Shown piece by piece: positions 1 to 8,646 of a DNA stretch of 64,000 nt. The DNA is from Bacteroidota Order II. bacterium (lineage in GTDB: Bacteria > Bacteroidota > Rhodothermia > Rhodothermales > UBA2364): positions 1,572 to 65,571 of the forward strand of contig JAEUSQ010000027.1 of NCBI GenBank assembly GCA_016788705.1. The letters are read 5' to 3'. Below the pieces are notes generated by a model. That model was not told the origin of the DNA, did no database searches, and worked only from the letters and a program-made list of their open reading frames with translations. The position numbers and the translations under genes are program-made. Every line of letters starts with the position of its first letter. The first letter of the stretch is position 1.

Positions 1-33
1 TGGCGGTATCCCAGAGTATCGGGGCCCCGCAGG

Positions 34-444
34 CTAACCAGTTACAAGTTTATTTAAAAATATTGGATTGTAATCACCTATTTTTCTGCCTCGTATTACA
101 AAACCACCAAAGGTAGCCGTATTGTCAGTATCAAGGTAAACACATGCTGAACCAACATCTTCTCTAGTCTCTGAACTCCTTTGAAATAGTATATCACCAT
201 AATTTACAGGATATCTATCTACAATGTCTTTTGAAACGTCAACACTTCCTAAAATTTTATCATGGGTTAAAAATTCATTGTTCAAAATATCTAGGACATT
301 TATAAATTTATACCCACTGCCATATTGTTCTTTGGATGCGTTAATTCCATTTTTAAATTCTAATAAATCCCCCAATTTTTTCTTTTCCCATTCCCCAGAA
401 AATTCAGGGAAGCGCAATTGTGGTATGTTCATTTGCTTGCTCAT
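34..444 (-). CDS. hsdS: Type I restriction-modification specificity subunit HsdS, truncated (136 aa, one partial target-recognition domain)
   Basis: The N-terminus MSKQMNIPQLRFPEFSGEWEKKKLGDLLEFKNG is a typical HsdS start/TRD. It lies on the same strand directly after hsdM. Full-length HsdS is about three times longer. The stop at 34-36 coincides with a switch to GC-rich DNA at nt 1-33. Confidence 0.75.
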   Translation of the reverse strand: MSKQMNIPQLRFPEFSGEWEKKKLGDLLEFKNGINASKEQYGSGYKFINVLDILNNEFLTHDKILGSVDVSKDIVDRYPVNYGDILFQRSSETREDVGSACVYLDTDNTATFGGFVIRGRKIGDYNPIFLNKLVTG

Positions 445-460
445 TTGTCTGAATCAGGAT

Positions 461-940
461 TTAATTGATTTTAGGATTTGCAGGATTATTTTTTCTTTCA
501 TTATTTTGTTCATCTTTTAATCTCGTCAACCCTGATTCTGACATTTTAGGATTTGCAGGATTGATTTTGTTGAATTTTGGGTTAAATACTTTTTTGAATT
601 GCAAACTTGTTGCTCCAAAGTTTATCAATAATCCAATGGGAAAATCATAGGCAACTACATAATTTTTTGCTTGTGCTAAATGCACATCTTCCAAATTAAT
701 CAATGCTTTTAGTTCCACTATTATTTGGTTTTCTACAACAAAATCAGCTCTTCTTGTTCCTACTTCAATTCCTTCATAAAAGATAGTTTGTTCAACTTCT
801 CTTCCAAAAGATAATCCTGCTCTTTCTAATTCAATAGCCAAGCACCGTTGGTAAATGACCTCTTGAAATCCATTACCTAACGTGTTATGCACTTTCATTG
901 CACAACCATTAACTTTATAAGTAATCTCGTCTAATGTCAT
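461..940 (-). CDS. GxxExxY family protein (predicted PD-(D/E)XK nuclease fold) with a repeat-derived C-terminal tail
   Basis: The motif G-F-Q-E-V-I-Y sits in ...TLGNGFQEVIYQRCL.... D...ExK-like residues occur in RADFVVENQIIVELKA. The last ~45 aa (two NPANPK units) are encoded by intergenic-type repeats. Confidence 0.85.
   Translation of the reverse strand: MTLDEITYKVNGCAMKVHNTLGNGFQEVIYQRCLAIELERAGLSFGREVEQTIFYEGIEVGTRRADFVVENQIIVELKALINLEDVHLAQAKNYVVAYDFPIGLLINFGATSLQFKKVFNPKFNKINPANPKMSESGLTRLKDEQNNERKNNPANPKIN
508..543. repeat. 36-nt repeat copy A (GTTCATCTTTTAATC...TGATTCTGACA)
   Basis: 29/36 identity by eye to copy B at 967-1002. It ends in the same CTGATTC(T/A)GACA unit as the cassette terminal repeat. 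Confidence 0.7.
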
Positions 941-966
941 ATTTCAATATTATGTTTTAAAATCCG

Positions 967-1002
967 GTTCATCTTTTAATCCTGCAAATTCTGATTCAGA
1001 CA
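967..1002. repeat. 36-nt repeat copy B (GTTCATCTTTTAATC...TGATTCAGACA)
   Basis: Partner of copy A. It lies between the hsdM stop and the GxxExxY start and contains the right terminal inverted repeat. Confidence 0.7.
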
Positions 1003-1003
1003 A

Positions 1004-2602
1004 TTAAAAAGGTGTTGAAATGCCCAACTCTTTACAAAAAGTTGCAATGCTTTTATCTGTGGTAGCAATAGTTTCGTCCAATGCTTTTATTTCTTTCGCA
1101 ATCGCTTCAATATCTATGCTTTCTTCTGCTTCAAACGTATCTACATAGCGTGGTATGTTGAGGTTGTAATCATTTTTGGCAATTTCTTCTAATGTAGCTT
1201 TCTTGCTGTATTTTGGGGTTTCGGTTCTGTTGCGGTAGGTTTCAACAATCAAATCAATATCTTCCTTACGCAATACATTTTGTGTTTTAACCTTTTCAAA
1301 ATTACGACTGGCATCAATAAACAGAATGTCATCAGGATTTTCTCTACACTTTTTGAAAACCAAAATGCAAGTCGGAATACTCGTACCGTAAAATATATTG
1401 GCAGGTAAGCCAATGACGGCATCTAAAAAGTTTTTGTTTTCAATCAAATACCTGCGAATGTGTTGTTCAGCACCGCCACGAAACAGCGCCCCGTGCGGCA
1501 GGACGATTGCCATAGTGCCATTGTCTGCCAAATGGTAAATCATGTGTTGCACAAAAGCAAAGTCGGCTTTGCTACTGGGTGCAAGCCTTCCGTATTGACT
1601 AAAGCGGTCGTCACTTGTAAACAAAGGGTTGGCGCTCCATTGCGCCGAGAAGGGCGGATTAGCAACGATTGCCTCAAATTGTAGGTCAATGTGTTGTGGA
1701 TGTTCGAGCGTGTCGTCTTGTTTAATATCAAATTTACGGTAATGAACACCGTGCAGAATCATATTCATTCGAGCGAGGTTGTAAGTAGTACGGTTCATTT
1801 CTTGTCCGTAAAAATTGCTTACATTTTTCACTTCTCTGGCTACCCGAAGCAACAAAGAACCCGAACCACAAGTGGGGTCGTAAACGGATTTTAGTTTTTG
1901 TTTTCCTGTTGTCACGAGTTTTGCAAGTATTGAAGAAACTTGTTGCGGTGTATAAAATTCACCTGCTTTTTTACCTGCGCCACTGGCAAATTGTCCAATC
2001 AAGTATTCGTAAGCATCGCCCAAAACATCAACTTGATTAGTGTCAGATAATTTAAAATCAATTTTATCCAAGTGCGTCAGTACCTTTGCAATGATGGCAT
2101 TTCTTGCTTCGGGTGTTTTACCTAATTTAGAACTGTTCAAATCCATGTCCTCAAAGAGATTATCAAAATCTTCTTCGCTTTCTGTACCCATTGTGCTTAA
2201 CTGGATATTGATAAGGATTTTTTGTAGGTCTTCTAAAATGAAATTGGTTTTACTTTCGTCAAATTTATCCACGTCATCTTCATTATTACCTTTGCCACGT
2301 TTAGCAACTTCTGTAAAAAGCTCTTCTGGTCTTAAAAAGTAGCCTAATTTTTCGAGGGCTTCCTCTTTAATAGCTTCAATAAACGCTGTCCCGTTTTCGG
2401 TCTTTGGTGTTATGTCTTTAAACTTAATACCGTCTTGTTTCAAAATTTCGTCAGCGAAAATGTTCATTTTCTCGCTCAGGTATTTATAGAAAATGAAACC
2501 CAAAATGTAGTCACGAAACTCGTCTGCATTCATTTTGCCACGTAGCGTATTGGCAATGTTCCAAAGTTGGGCTTCTAGTATTCTTTTATATTCTTCACTC
2601 AT
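1004..2602 (-). CDS. hsdM: Type I restriction-modification DNA methyltransferase subunit M (N6-adenine)
   Basis: HsdM N-terminal domain (LWNIANTLRGKMNADEFRDYILGFIFYKYLSE), SAM motif DPTCGSGSLLL and catalytic NPPF in IVANPPFSAQW. Confidence 0.95.
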   Translation of the reverse strand: MSEEYKRILEAQLWNIANTLRGKMNADEFRDYILGFIFYKYLSEKMNIFADEILKQDGIKFKDITPKTENGTAFIEAIKEEALEKLGYFLRPEELFTEVAKRGKGNNEDDVDKFDESKTNFILEDLQKILINIQLSTMGTESEEDFDNLFEDMDLNSSKLGKTPEARNAIIAKVLTHLDKIDFKLSDTNQVDVLGDAYEYLIGQFASGAGKKAGEFYTPQQVSSILAKLVTTGKQKLKSVYDPTCGSGSLLLRVAREVKNVSNFYGQEMNRTTYNLARMNMILHGVHYRKFDIKQDDTLEHPQHIDLQFEAIVANPPFSAQWSANPLFTSDDRFSQYGRLAPSSKADFAFVQHMIYHLADNGTMAIVLPHGALFRGGAEQHIRRYLIENKNFLDAVIGLPANIFYGTSIPTCILVFKKCRENPDDILFIDASRNFEKVKTQNVLRKEDIDLIVETYRNRTETPKYSKKATLEEIAKNDYNLNIPRYVDTFEAEESIDIEAIAKEIKALDETIATTDKSIATFCKELGISTPF

Positions 2603-3088
2603 TGAGATTGTCTTTATTTTTTAGGTTGTAAAGTTAGTTTTTAAAATTCCGTTACTGTCAAAAGTTGCCTTCAAATTGTCCTTTGTCCGCTGAAAGGGTG
2701 GTGGGTGGGCTTGGGTGCGGTTGGGCAAAATTAAATGTGCTGCAAAAGCGTTGGCTCGTGTGTCGGCTTGCAGCTCTTTTAATTTGGCGAAGGGTTGGCA
2801 TTTTGTTTGTCATTTTTCTGCTCGTTTGTTGTCGGTCGTGTCGTCTTTTAGGGTGAGTGCTAACGCTTGTGTTGCTTGCATACTTGCACCTGTCGAGCGT
2901 TGTGCGTTGGGTTTAGGTGCAAGTTGGCAGCAACACGTTCTGTGAAGGTTCTTTTTTTCTCTAGCACATAATTGTACATTTTTTCTATCAAAGTATGGTT
3001 TTATTTTTTTGTCAAAATCTTATTCGGTTTACCCCCTCAGTATTTTTTGTCATGTTATTCCAAGCTCTGCACTTCTCATTTGCTTGAT

Positions 3089-3823
3089 TTACTTATATTC
3101 TGATAAAATATTCAATATTTCACTTTCTATATTTTCAGGGTTAATATAAACGAAATTTGTACAATGGTTCAATCCCAGTGATAAACATTCTTTCACTAAA
3201 GGTTTATCTGAAGTTAAAAATATTTTGCAATAAAAAGACAAAGCTGTATAAACAATTTCTAAATCTTTTGGATTGATGAAACAAGTATCAAGTATCTCTC
3301 TGAAGTTTAATATTTCATAAGAATTGCCAAAAACTTGGTCAAAGAGTATAACATTAATCTTATTCGAGGATATATCTGATTCAATATCATAAGAATAATT
3401 TCTTAAATATAGTTTTACTTGTTTAAAAAAATTTTTCATTAATCCAATATCACTATCTCTTTCAATTTCAACATATTCATATTCTTCTGCGATTCCAAAC
3501 TCATAGTATAAGTTATAGCGTTTTATTGCATTTCTAAGATTTATTAATTCATTTTCATTATACTGTAAAGTTTGTAAAACATTCTGCATTATGTATTTCG
3601 CAATCCGATTTGTTGCATCATTCTTATCGAGAATGTTTTTTTGAGATTTATGAGCTTTTAAATTATCGAGGATGAAATCTGGACTAACAAATTTTCTTTT
3701 TATCCCACTTTTAAATTCGTATATGCATTTTTCAAATGTATAGTATTCGTGTTCAATCGGTAAGTTTATATTAGTTTTTTCTATTAAAGCAATAAGTAAG
3801 TTAGTATCAAGAAAGATTTTCAT
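3089..3823 (-). CDS. PIN-like nuclease domain protein with a large (~130 aa) internal helical insertion
   Basis: MKIFLDTNLLIAL gives PIN acidic residue 1. The 3rd and 4th acidic positions follow in NPKDLEIVYTALSF and FLTSDKPL near the C-terminus. Very AT-rich. Adjacent to the R-M genes. Confidence 0.55.
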   Translation of the reverse strand: MKIFLDTNLLIALIEKTNINLPIEHEYYTFEKCIYEFKSGIKRKFVSPDFILDNLKAHKSQKNILDKNDATNRIAKYIMQNVLQTLQYNENELINLRNAIKRYNLYYEFGIAEEYEYVEIERDSDIGLMKNFFKQVKLYLRNYSYDIESDISSNKINVILFDQVFGNSYEILNFREILDTCFINPKDLEIVYTALSFYCKIFLTSDKPLVKECLSLGLNHCTNFVYINPENIESEILNILSEYK

Positions 3824-4420
3824 TCTGAATTGTAGTTTTTAGTTGTTATAATTATCAAATCTTGTGTTTAATCGAATTACACAGAACTTTGAATATCCAA
3901 AAAGGTAACATTAATATTATGTTTTTTAAATATTATATTTTTACTCGCTTCATTTTGTTAAATTGAAGAACGGATGCCATTTTTTTTGTTTACCACGAAC
4001 AGCTCATAAGTTGTTGAAAATCAATGCCTTTAAAAACTTCTCTTTCATTGATTTTAGATGACTTCTGTTCGTCAAGTTTTTGTACGTAGATTTTATGTCC
4101 TCTGATTTCACAGAACTTAGTTATATCCGCTCTTTTCGTGTTTTTTGTCGTACTTTCCCGTAAAAAGGGCATCTAAGGGGCTACGGATTGCTTTATGGTT
4201 TGCTGGTTTGTGTGGGTGTAACGCAACGTTGTTTTGGTTCTGATCGTTCTTGGATCAGCAGCATCTCTCCTTTATGCACGATCAACTTAGTTTGTACTGT
4301 TAGTACCGTGATGAACAGTTAGGAGGTATAAAATAGGCTGGTGGTTGCAATTTAAGATTTTTTAGAATAGGTGTGCAATTTTTATAGCATTATTCAGAAA
4401 TACAAAGTTATGTAAGGACA

Positions 4421-4450
4421 AAACCCTGACCTCGGCAGAAGTCAGGGTTT
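4421..4450 (-). terminator. Rho-independent terminator downstream of ppdK
   Basis: AAACCCTGAC (4421-4430) pairs with GTCAGGGTTT (4441-4450) around a 10-nt loop. A U-run follows on the minus-strand transcript. Confidence 0.7.
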
Positions 4451-4480
4451 TGAGTATGATCGTTCTAAGTGCAATATACG

Positions 4481-7222
4481 TTAGGCGTTGGCTTGTTTTT
4501 GGCGAATGGTGGCCTGAGCCGCAGCAATTCGGGCGATGGGTACCCGGAAGGGGGAACAGCTCACATAATCCAAACCAGTTTTACAAGCAAAAGCCACCGA
4601 TGTTGGATCGCCGCCATGTTCACCACACACCCCCAGATGCAGGTTCGCATTTACCGAACGCCCTTTTTTAACCGCCATATCAATCAGTTGGCCCACCCCC
4701 TTTTCATCAATAGATTTAAACGGATCTTGGTCCACAAGCCCTTTTTTCAGGTAGATCGGTAAGAATTTATTGGCATCGTCGCGGGAAAATCCGAACGTCA
4801 TTTGCGTGAGGTCGTTCGTTCCAAAAGAGAAGAACTCAGCTTTTTGGGCAATGCTATCTGCCATCAGTGCTGCACGCGGCGTTTCGATCATTGTCCCCAC
4901 TTTATAGGGGATTTCTACGCCTTGTTCTGCAAAAACCTTGGCAGCGACCCGACGGATGACCTTTTCTTGCTCTGCAAATTCGCGGACGGTCACCACTAAC
5001 GGAACCATGATTTCGGGCAAGACTTTGATCCCTTTTGCATGTACGTTAAGAGCCGCCTCTATGATGGCACGGGTTTGCATTTCGGTAATTTCGGGATACG
5101 TGATGCCGAGTCGGCAACCACGATGACCCAGCATGGGGTTTTGTTCTTTCAGTTCTTCAATCCGATCCCGGATTTTATTCACCGAGACATGCATTTGTTT
5201 GGCCATCACCTGTTGACTGGCATCGTCATGTGGGAGGAATTCATGGAGTGGCGGATCTAAGAGACGGATGGTCACGGGTAGATCGTGCATAACCTCGAAT
5301 AAGCCCTCGAAATCGCCCCGTTGAATGGGCAGTAGTTTGTCTAAAGCCTTCCGGCGCCCGGCCTCGTCATCGGCCAAAATCATTTCCCTTACCGAAATAA
5401 TACGATCCCCTTCAAAGAACATGTGCTCGGTGCGGCAAAGGCCAATTCCTGTTGCTCCAAAATTTACGGCTTGCTTAGCTTCTTCGGGCGTATCCGCGTT
5501 GGTACGTACACCGAGTCTGGCATATTTTTCGGAGAGCGTCATCAATTCGCCAAAGTCGCCGCTAAGTTCGGCTTCGCGGGTTTCGACCCGCCCCTCATAG
5601 ACCTCTCCGGTGGTGCCATTAAGCGAAATCCACGTTCCTTCGCGATAGGTTTTGCCTTCTACGGTCATCTCGCGCGATTTATAATCTACATGGATAGCAC
5701 CTGCACCCGAAACACAGCATTTGCCCATTCCCCGTGCAACCACTGCCGCATGAGATGTCATACCGCCGCGTGCCGTCAGAATCCCTTTGGCGGCGTGCAT
5801 CCCGCGCAAGTCTTCGGGACTGGTTTCTACCCGCACCAGAATAACATCTTTACCACGTTTGGCCCATTCTTCCGCTTCATCTGCAAAGAACACGATTTGC
5901 CCGGTGGAGGCCCCTGGAGAAGCCGGTAACCCGCGTGCAATTACCTCGGCATTCTTAATCGCCTTTCCATCAAAAACGGGATGTAGCAATTCATCCAAGC
6001 GATTCGGATCCACCCGTTGGATAGCCGTTTTTTCATCTATCATTCCTTGGCGAAGCATATCCATAGCAATTTTCACCATTGCTGCGCCCGTCCGTTTGCC
6101 ATTTCGGGTTTGCAACATCCAAAGTTTACCGTCCTCGATGGTAAACTCTACGTCTTGCATATCGCTAAAATGGTTTTCCAGTGTCGTTTCTGCATGAATC
6201 AGCTGTGCAAACACCTCGGGCATAGCTTCTTCTAATGACGGATAATTGGTCTTCCGGTCTTCTTCGCTGATGCAGGCCAACTCGGCCCACCGCTGTGAGC
6301 CTATACGCGTCACTTGTTGGGGTGTGCGAATCCCCGCAACCACATCTTCACCTTGTGCATTAAATAAAAATTCGCCATTAAAAATGTCTTCACCTGTGGC
6401 CGCATCGCGGGTGAAAGCCACACCAGTTGCACTATTGCTGGAATGGTTACCATAGACCATTGCCTGCACATTGACCGCTGTTCCCCAACTTTCAGGAATG
6501 TCGTTCAAGGCACGATAAACTTGTGCCCGCTCGTTGTTCCAACTTTGGAATACTGCCATGATGGCCCCCCACAACTGCTCCCATGGATCGGTCGGGAAGT
6601 CTTTACCTAACCGGGCCAAGATCAGGGCTTTAAACCGACGGACCAATTCTTTTAAATCATCTGCCGAAAGGTCGGTATCTAATTTTACCCCTCGTTCATG
6701 TTTAACAAATTCAATGATCAACTCGAAAGGGTCTTCATCTTCTTTGCGTTCAGGCTTCAGACCCATCACCACATCGCCATACATTTGCACAAATCGGCGG
6801 TACGAGTCCCATGCAAACCGTGCATCGCCCGATTTCTCGATCAACCCTTGAACGGCGTCATCATTCAGTCCCAAATTCAGGATCGTATCCATCATACCGG
6901 GCATCGAAGCACGTGCTCCCGAACGCACAGAGAGCAATAACGGGTCCGAAGCGTCTCCAAATTTTTTGCCCATGATTTTTTCGACATATGCCACGCCTTT
7001 TTTTACTTCATCGGCAATGAGGTTGGTCACCGTTTCCCGACCATGCAAGGTATATTGGGTACAAGCCTCGGTGGTTACCGTGAAACCAGCCGGAACGGGG
7101 ATATTGAGCAAGCACATTTCGGCCATATTGGCCCCTTTTCCTCCCAAAAGGTTCTTCATGTCAGCACGGCCTTCAGTGCCTTCCGGCCCAAAGAGATACA
7201 CATATTTAGCAGAGACGTCCAT
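4481..7222 (-). CDS. ppdK: Pyruvate, phosphate dikinase
   Basis: 913 aa. N-terminal LLGGKGANMAEM, phosphohistidine loop GGMTSHAAVVARGMG and C-terminal PEP-utilizer motif GVCGEHGGDP. Confidence 0.97.
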   Translation of the reverse strand: MDVSAKYVYLFGPEGTEGRADMKNLLGGKGANMAEMCLLNIPVPAGFTVTTEACTQYTLHGRETVTNLIADEVKKGVAYVEKIMGKKFGDASDPLLLSVRSGARASMPGMMDTILNLGLNDDAVQGLIEKSGDARFAWDSYRRFVQMYGDVVMGLKPERKEDEDPFELIIEFVKHERGVKLDTDLSADDLKELVRRFKALILARLGKDFPTDPWEQLWGAIMAVFQSWNNERAQVYRALNDIPESWGTAVNVQAMVYGNHSSNSATGVAFTRDAATGEDIFNGEFLFNAQGEDVVAGIRTPQQVTRIGSQRWAELACISEEDRKTNYPSLEEAMPEVFAQLIHAETTLENHFSDMQDVEFTIEDGKLWMLQTRNGKRTGAAMVKIAMDMLRQGMIDEKTAIQRVDPNRLDELLHPVFDGKAIKNAEVIARGLPASPGASTGQIVFFADEAEEWAKRGKDVILVRVETSPEDLRGMHAAKGILTARGGMTSHAAVVARGMGKCCVSGAGAIHVDYKSREMTVEGKTYREGTWISLNGTTGEVYEGRVETREAELSGDFGELMTLSEKYARLGVRTNADTPEEAKQAVNFGATGIGLCRTEHMFFEGDRIISVREMILADDEAGRRKALDKLLPIQRGDFEGLFEVMHDLPVTIRLLDPPLHEFLPHDDASQQVMAKQMHVSVNKIRDRIEELKEQNPMLGHRGCRLGITYPEITEMQTRAIIEAALNVHAKGIKVLPEIMVPLVVTVREFAEQEKVIRRVAAKVFAEQGVEIPYKVGTMIETPRAALMADSIAQKAEFFSFGTNDLTQMTFGFSRDDANKFLPIYLKKGLVDQDPFKSIDEKGVGQLIDMAVKKGRSVNANLHLGVCGEHGGDPTSVAFACKTGLDYVSCSPFRVPIARIAAAQATIRQKQANA

Positions 7223-7494
7223 TTGAATGCGTTATTTTAATGGAAAAGAAAAGCCGCTCTAAACGGCCTACATAATTTGCAACAAGGATAACCCAGACCA
7301 GAAAAAACCTTTTGATGGTTTCGTTGTTTAGATGTGTAGGGAAAAAAAGCCGATCCATGTAGGAAAAAGACGTAGGGAGAATGTCGGCGCTGTACCTTGA
7401 TCTTTTGTTCACCAGTACGTAACTTGATTGTCTAAAGCGATTTACGCTAACAGATAAAGGCCATCGCCGACCAATTCGGCACTGTAGTTTTTTT

Positions 7495-8646
7495 ATGCCG
7501 TTTTCCGAACCCCTCCGTACCCGCCATTGGACCATTAGGGCTGCTGTTCATTTTCTTGCTTGGTCTTTGGTTTTGCTCATGCCCTTGCTATTTGGTCTTC
7601 CGATCCGCCTTCGAGACCCAGTCCTTTTCTGGAGTATTCAGTTTGCCCAAGTGGCCTTAATGATGTCTCTGTACTATGGCAATCTGGGGATTTTTCTGCC
7701 GAGGCTATTGGTGCATCGTAAAACCCTTTGGTACATTGTGGTAGTGATTCTGGTCATTTTGTCCATTAGTGAAGCCTATATGATGTTTAGGGACTGGGTC
7801 ACAAGTACATTTGGTTCGCCATTTGAGCAACCAGCCCCCCCTCCGGGGTCTAAACACAACCACCGCCCCAATAACTATTCTTCATCGTACCGCTATTTTT
7901 CCATTATCACCCAACTCGTTTTGGTGGTTTTTGTAGGACTGACCCAACACTTTATCCATGAGTGGCAACGCTCTAAACAAGAGACCGAAGCGAGGGAAAA
8001 GGAGCGTCTTGCGGCCGAACTCGCGTTTTTGCGTTCGCAAGTAAGCCCCCATTTTTTGTTTAATGTATTAAATGGTATGGTTTCGCTGGCCCGGAAAAAA
8101 TCTGACAAATTAGAACCGGCCCTCATGACCCTGTCTAGTCTGATACGTTATACACTCTACGAAGCACCCGAATCTCGTGTCCCCCTTGACCGTGAGATCA
8201 CCTATCTCAATAGTTATTTAGACCTACAGCGCCTACGTTTTGGCGATACCTTGCACTTACAAGTTGAAATTTCCGGAGACACCACACAAGCCACCATAGA
8301 ACCCCTCCTATTAATCCCGTTTGTTGAGAATGCTTTTAAGCACGGCACCAATGTGGCACATCCAGAGATTGACCTTAAGATTCAGGTAAGGGAAGAGGTC
8401 TTGCACTTTGAAGTCAGCAATACAATGCCAGAATCAGATGTCGGCCCCAAAGACCCCGCATCCGGCATAGGATTGACCAACATTCGCCGGAGATTGGACC
8501 TCTTATATCCACAAGCACATTCATTAGGCATTGTACCGGGTCTTAACCGATTTCAGGTAGTACTGACCGTAAACCTGCACCACCCTGAAAGAGACCTAGA
8601 ATCACCCAAAAGCTTGCCCCATGACCAGCTAAGACATTATGCCTGA
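7495..8646 (+). CDS. Membrane sensor histidine kinase, LytS/YehU type (His_kinase + HATPase_c)
   Basis: N-terminal TM helices, H-box LRSQVSPHFLFNVLN and ATPase boxes FVENAFKHG and GIGLTNIRRRL. Confidence 0.85.
   Translation: MPFSEPLRTRHWTIRAAVHFLAWSLVLLMPLLFGLPIRLRDPVLFWSIQFAQVALMMSLYYGNLGIFLPRLLVHRKTLWYIVVVILVILSISEAYMMFRDWVTSTFGSPFEQPAPPPGSKHNHRPNNYSSSYRYFSIITQLVLVVFVGLTQHFIHEWQRSKQETEAREKERLAAELAFLRSQVSPHFLFNVLNGMVSLARKKSDKLEPALMTLSSLIRYTLYEAPESRVPLDREITYLNSYLDLQRLRFGDTLHLQVEISGDTTQATIEPLLLIPFVENAFKHGTNVAHPEIDLKIQVREEVLHFEVSNTMPESDVGPKDPASGIGLTNIRRRLDLLYPQAHSLGIVPGLNRFQVVLTVNLHHPERDLESPKSLPHDQLRHYA

Larger units (their letters stand above)
445..1003. mobile_element. Putative 559-bp cassette carrying the GxxExxY gene, bounded by 13-bp perfect inverted repeats
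   Basis: TTGTCTGAATCAG at 445-457 is the exact reverse complement of CTGATTCAGACAA at 991-1003. The left repeat abuts the hsdS start codon (442-444) and the right repeat abuts the hsdM stop codon (1004-1006). No target-site duplication is seen. Confidence 0.4.

Noticed and set aside
2665-2945. Plus-strand ORFs of 63 and 76 aa in the G/T-rich spacer.
   Set aside because: The Cys/Leu/Val/Arg-rich translations merely reflect the G/T skew. There is no start context or motif. The region is treated as non-coding or relic.
3990-4172. 60-aa minus-strand ORF upstream of the PIN-like gene, a possible antitoxin or integrase remnant.
   Set aside because: It has no recognisable motif, lies 166 nt from the PIN gene, and sits at the length threshold. 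Not supportable as a gene.
4241-4466. 10-bp direct repeat TGATCGTTCT (4241-4250 and 4457-4466) near the right edge of the AT-rich island, a possible att or target duplication.
   Set aside because: Both copies lie on the same side of the island with no partner at the left edge (nt 1-33), and no integrase is present. Not interpretable as att sites.
4450-7240. Numerous plus-strand ORFs (60-170 aa) antisense to ppdK.
   Set aside because: They lie inside a 913-aa gene with unmistakable PPDK motifs. Their low-complexity Arg/Ser/Pro-rich translations are typical antisense artefacts.
7206-7535. 109-aa minus-strand ORF spanning the ppdK / kinase divergent promoter region.
   Set aside because: It overlaps both neighbouring gene starts and its sequence is unrecognisable. 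Probably spurious.
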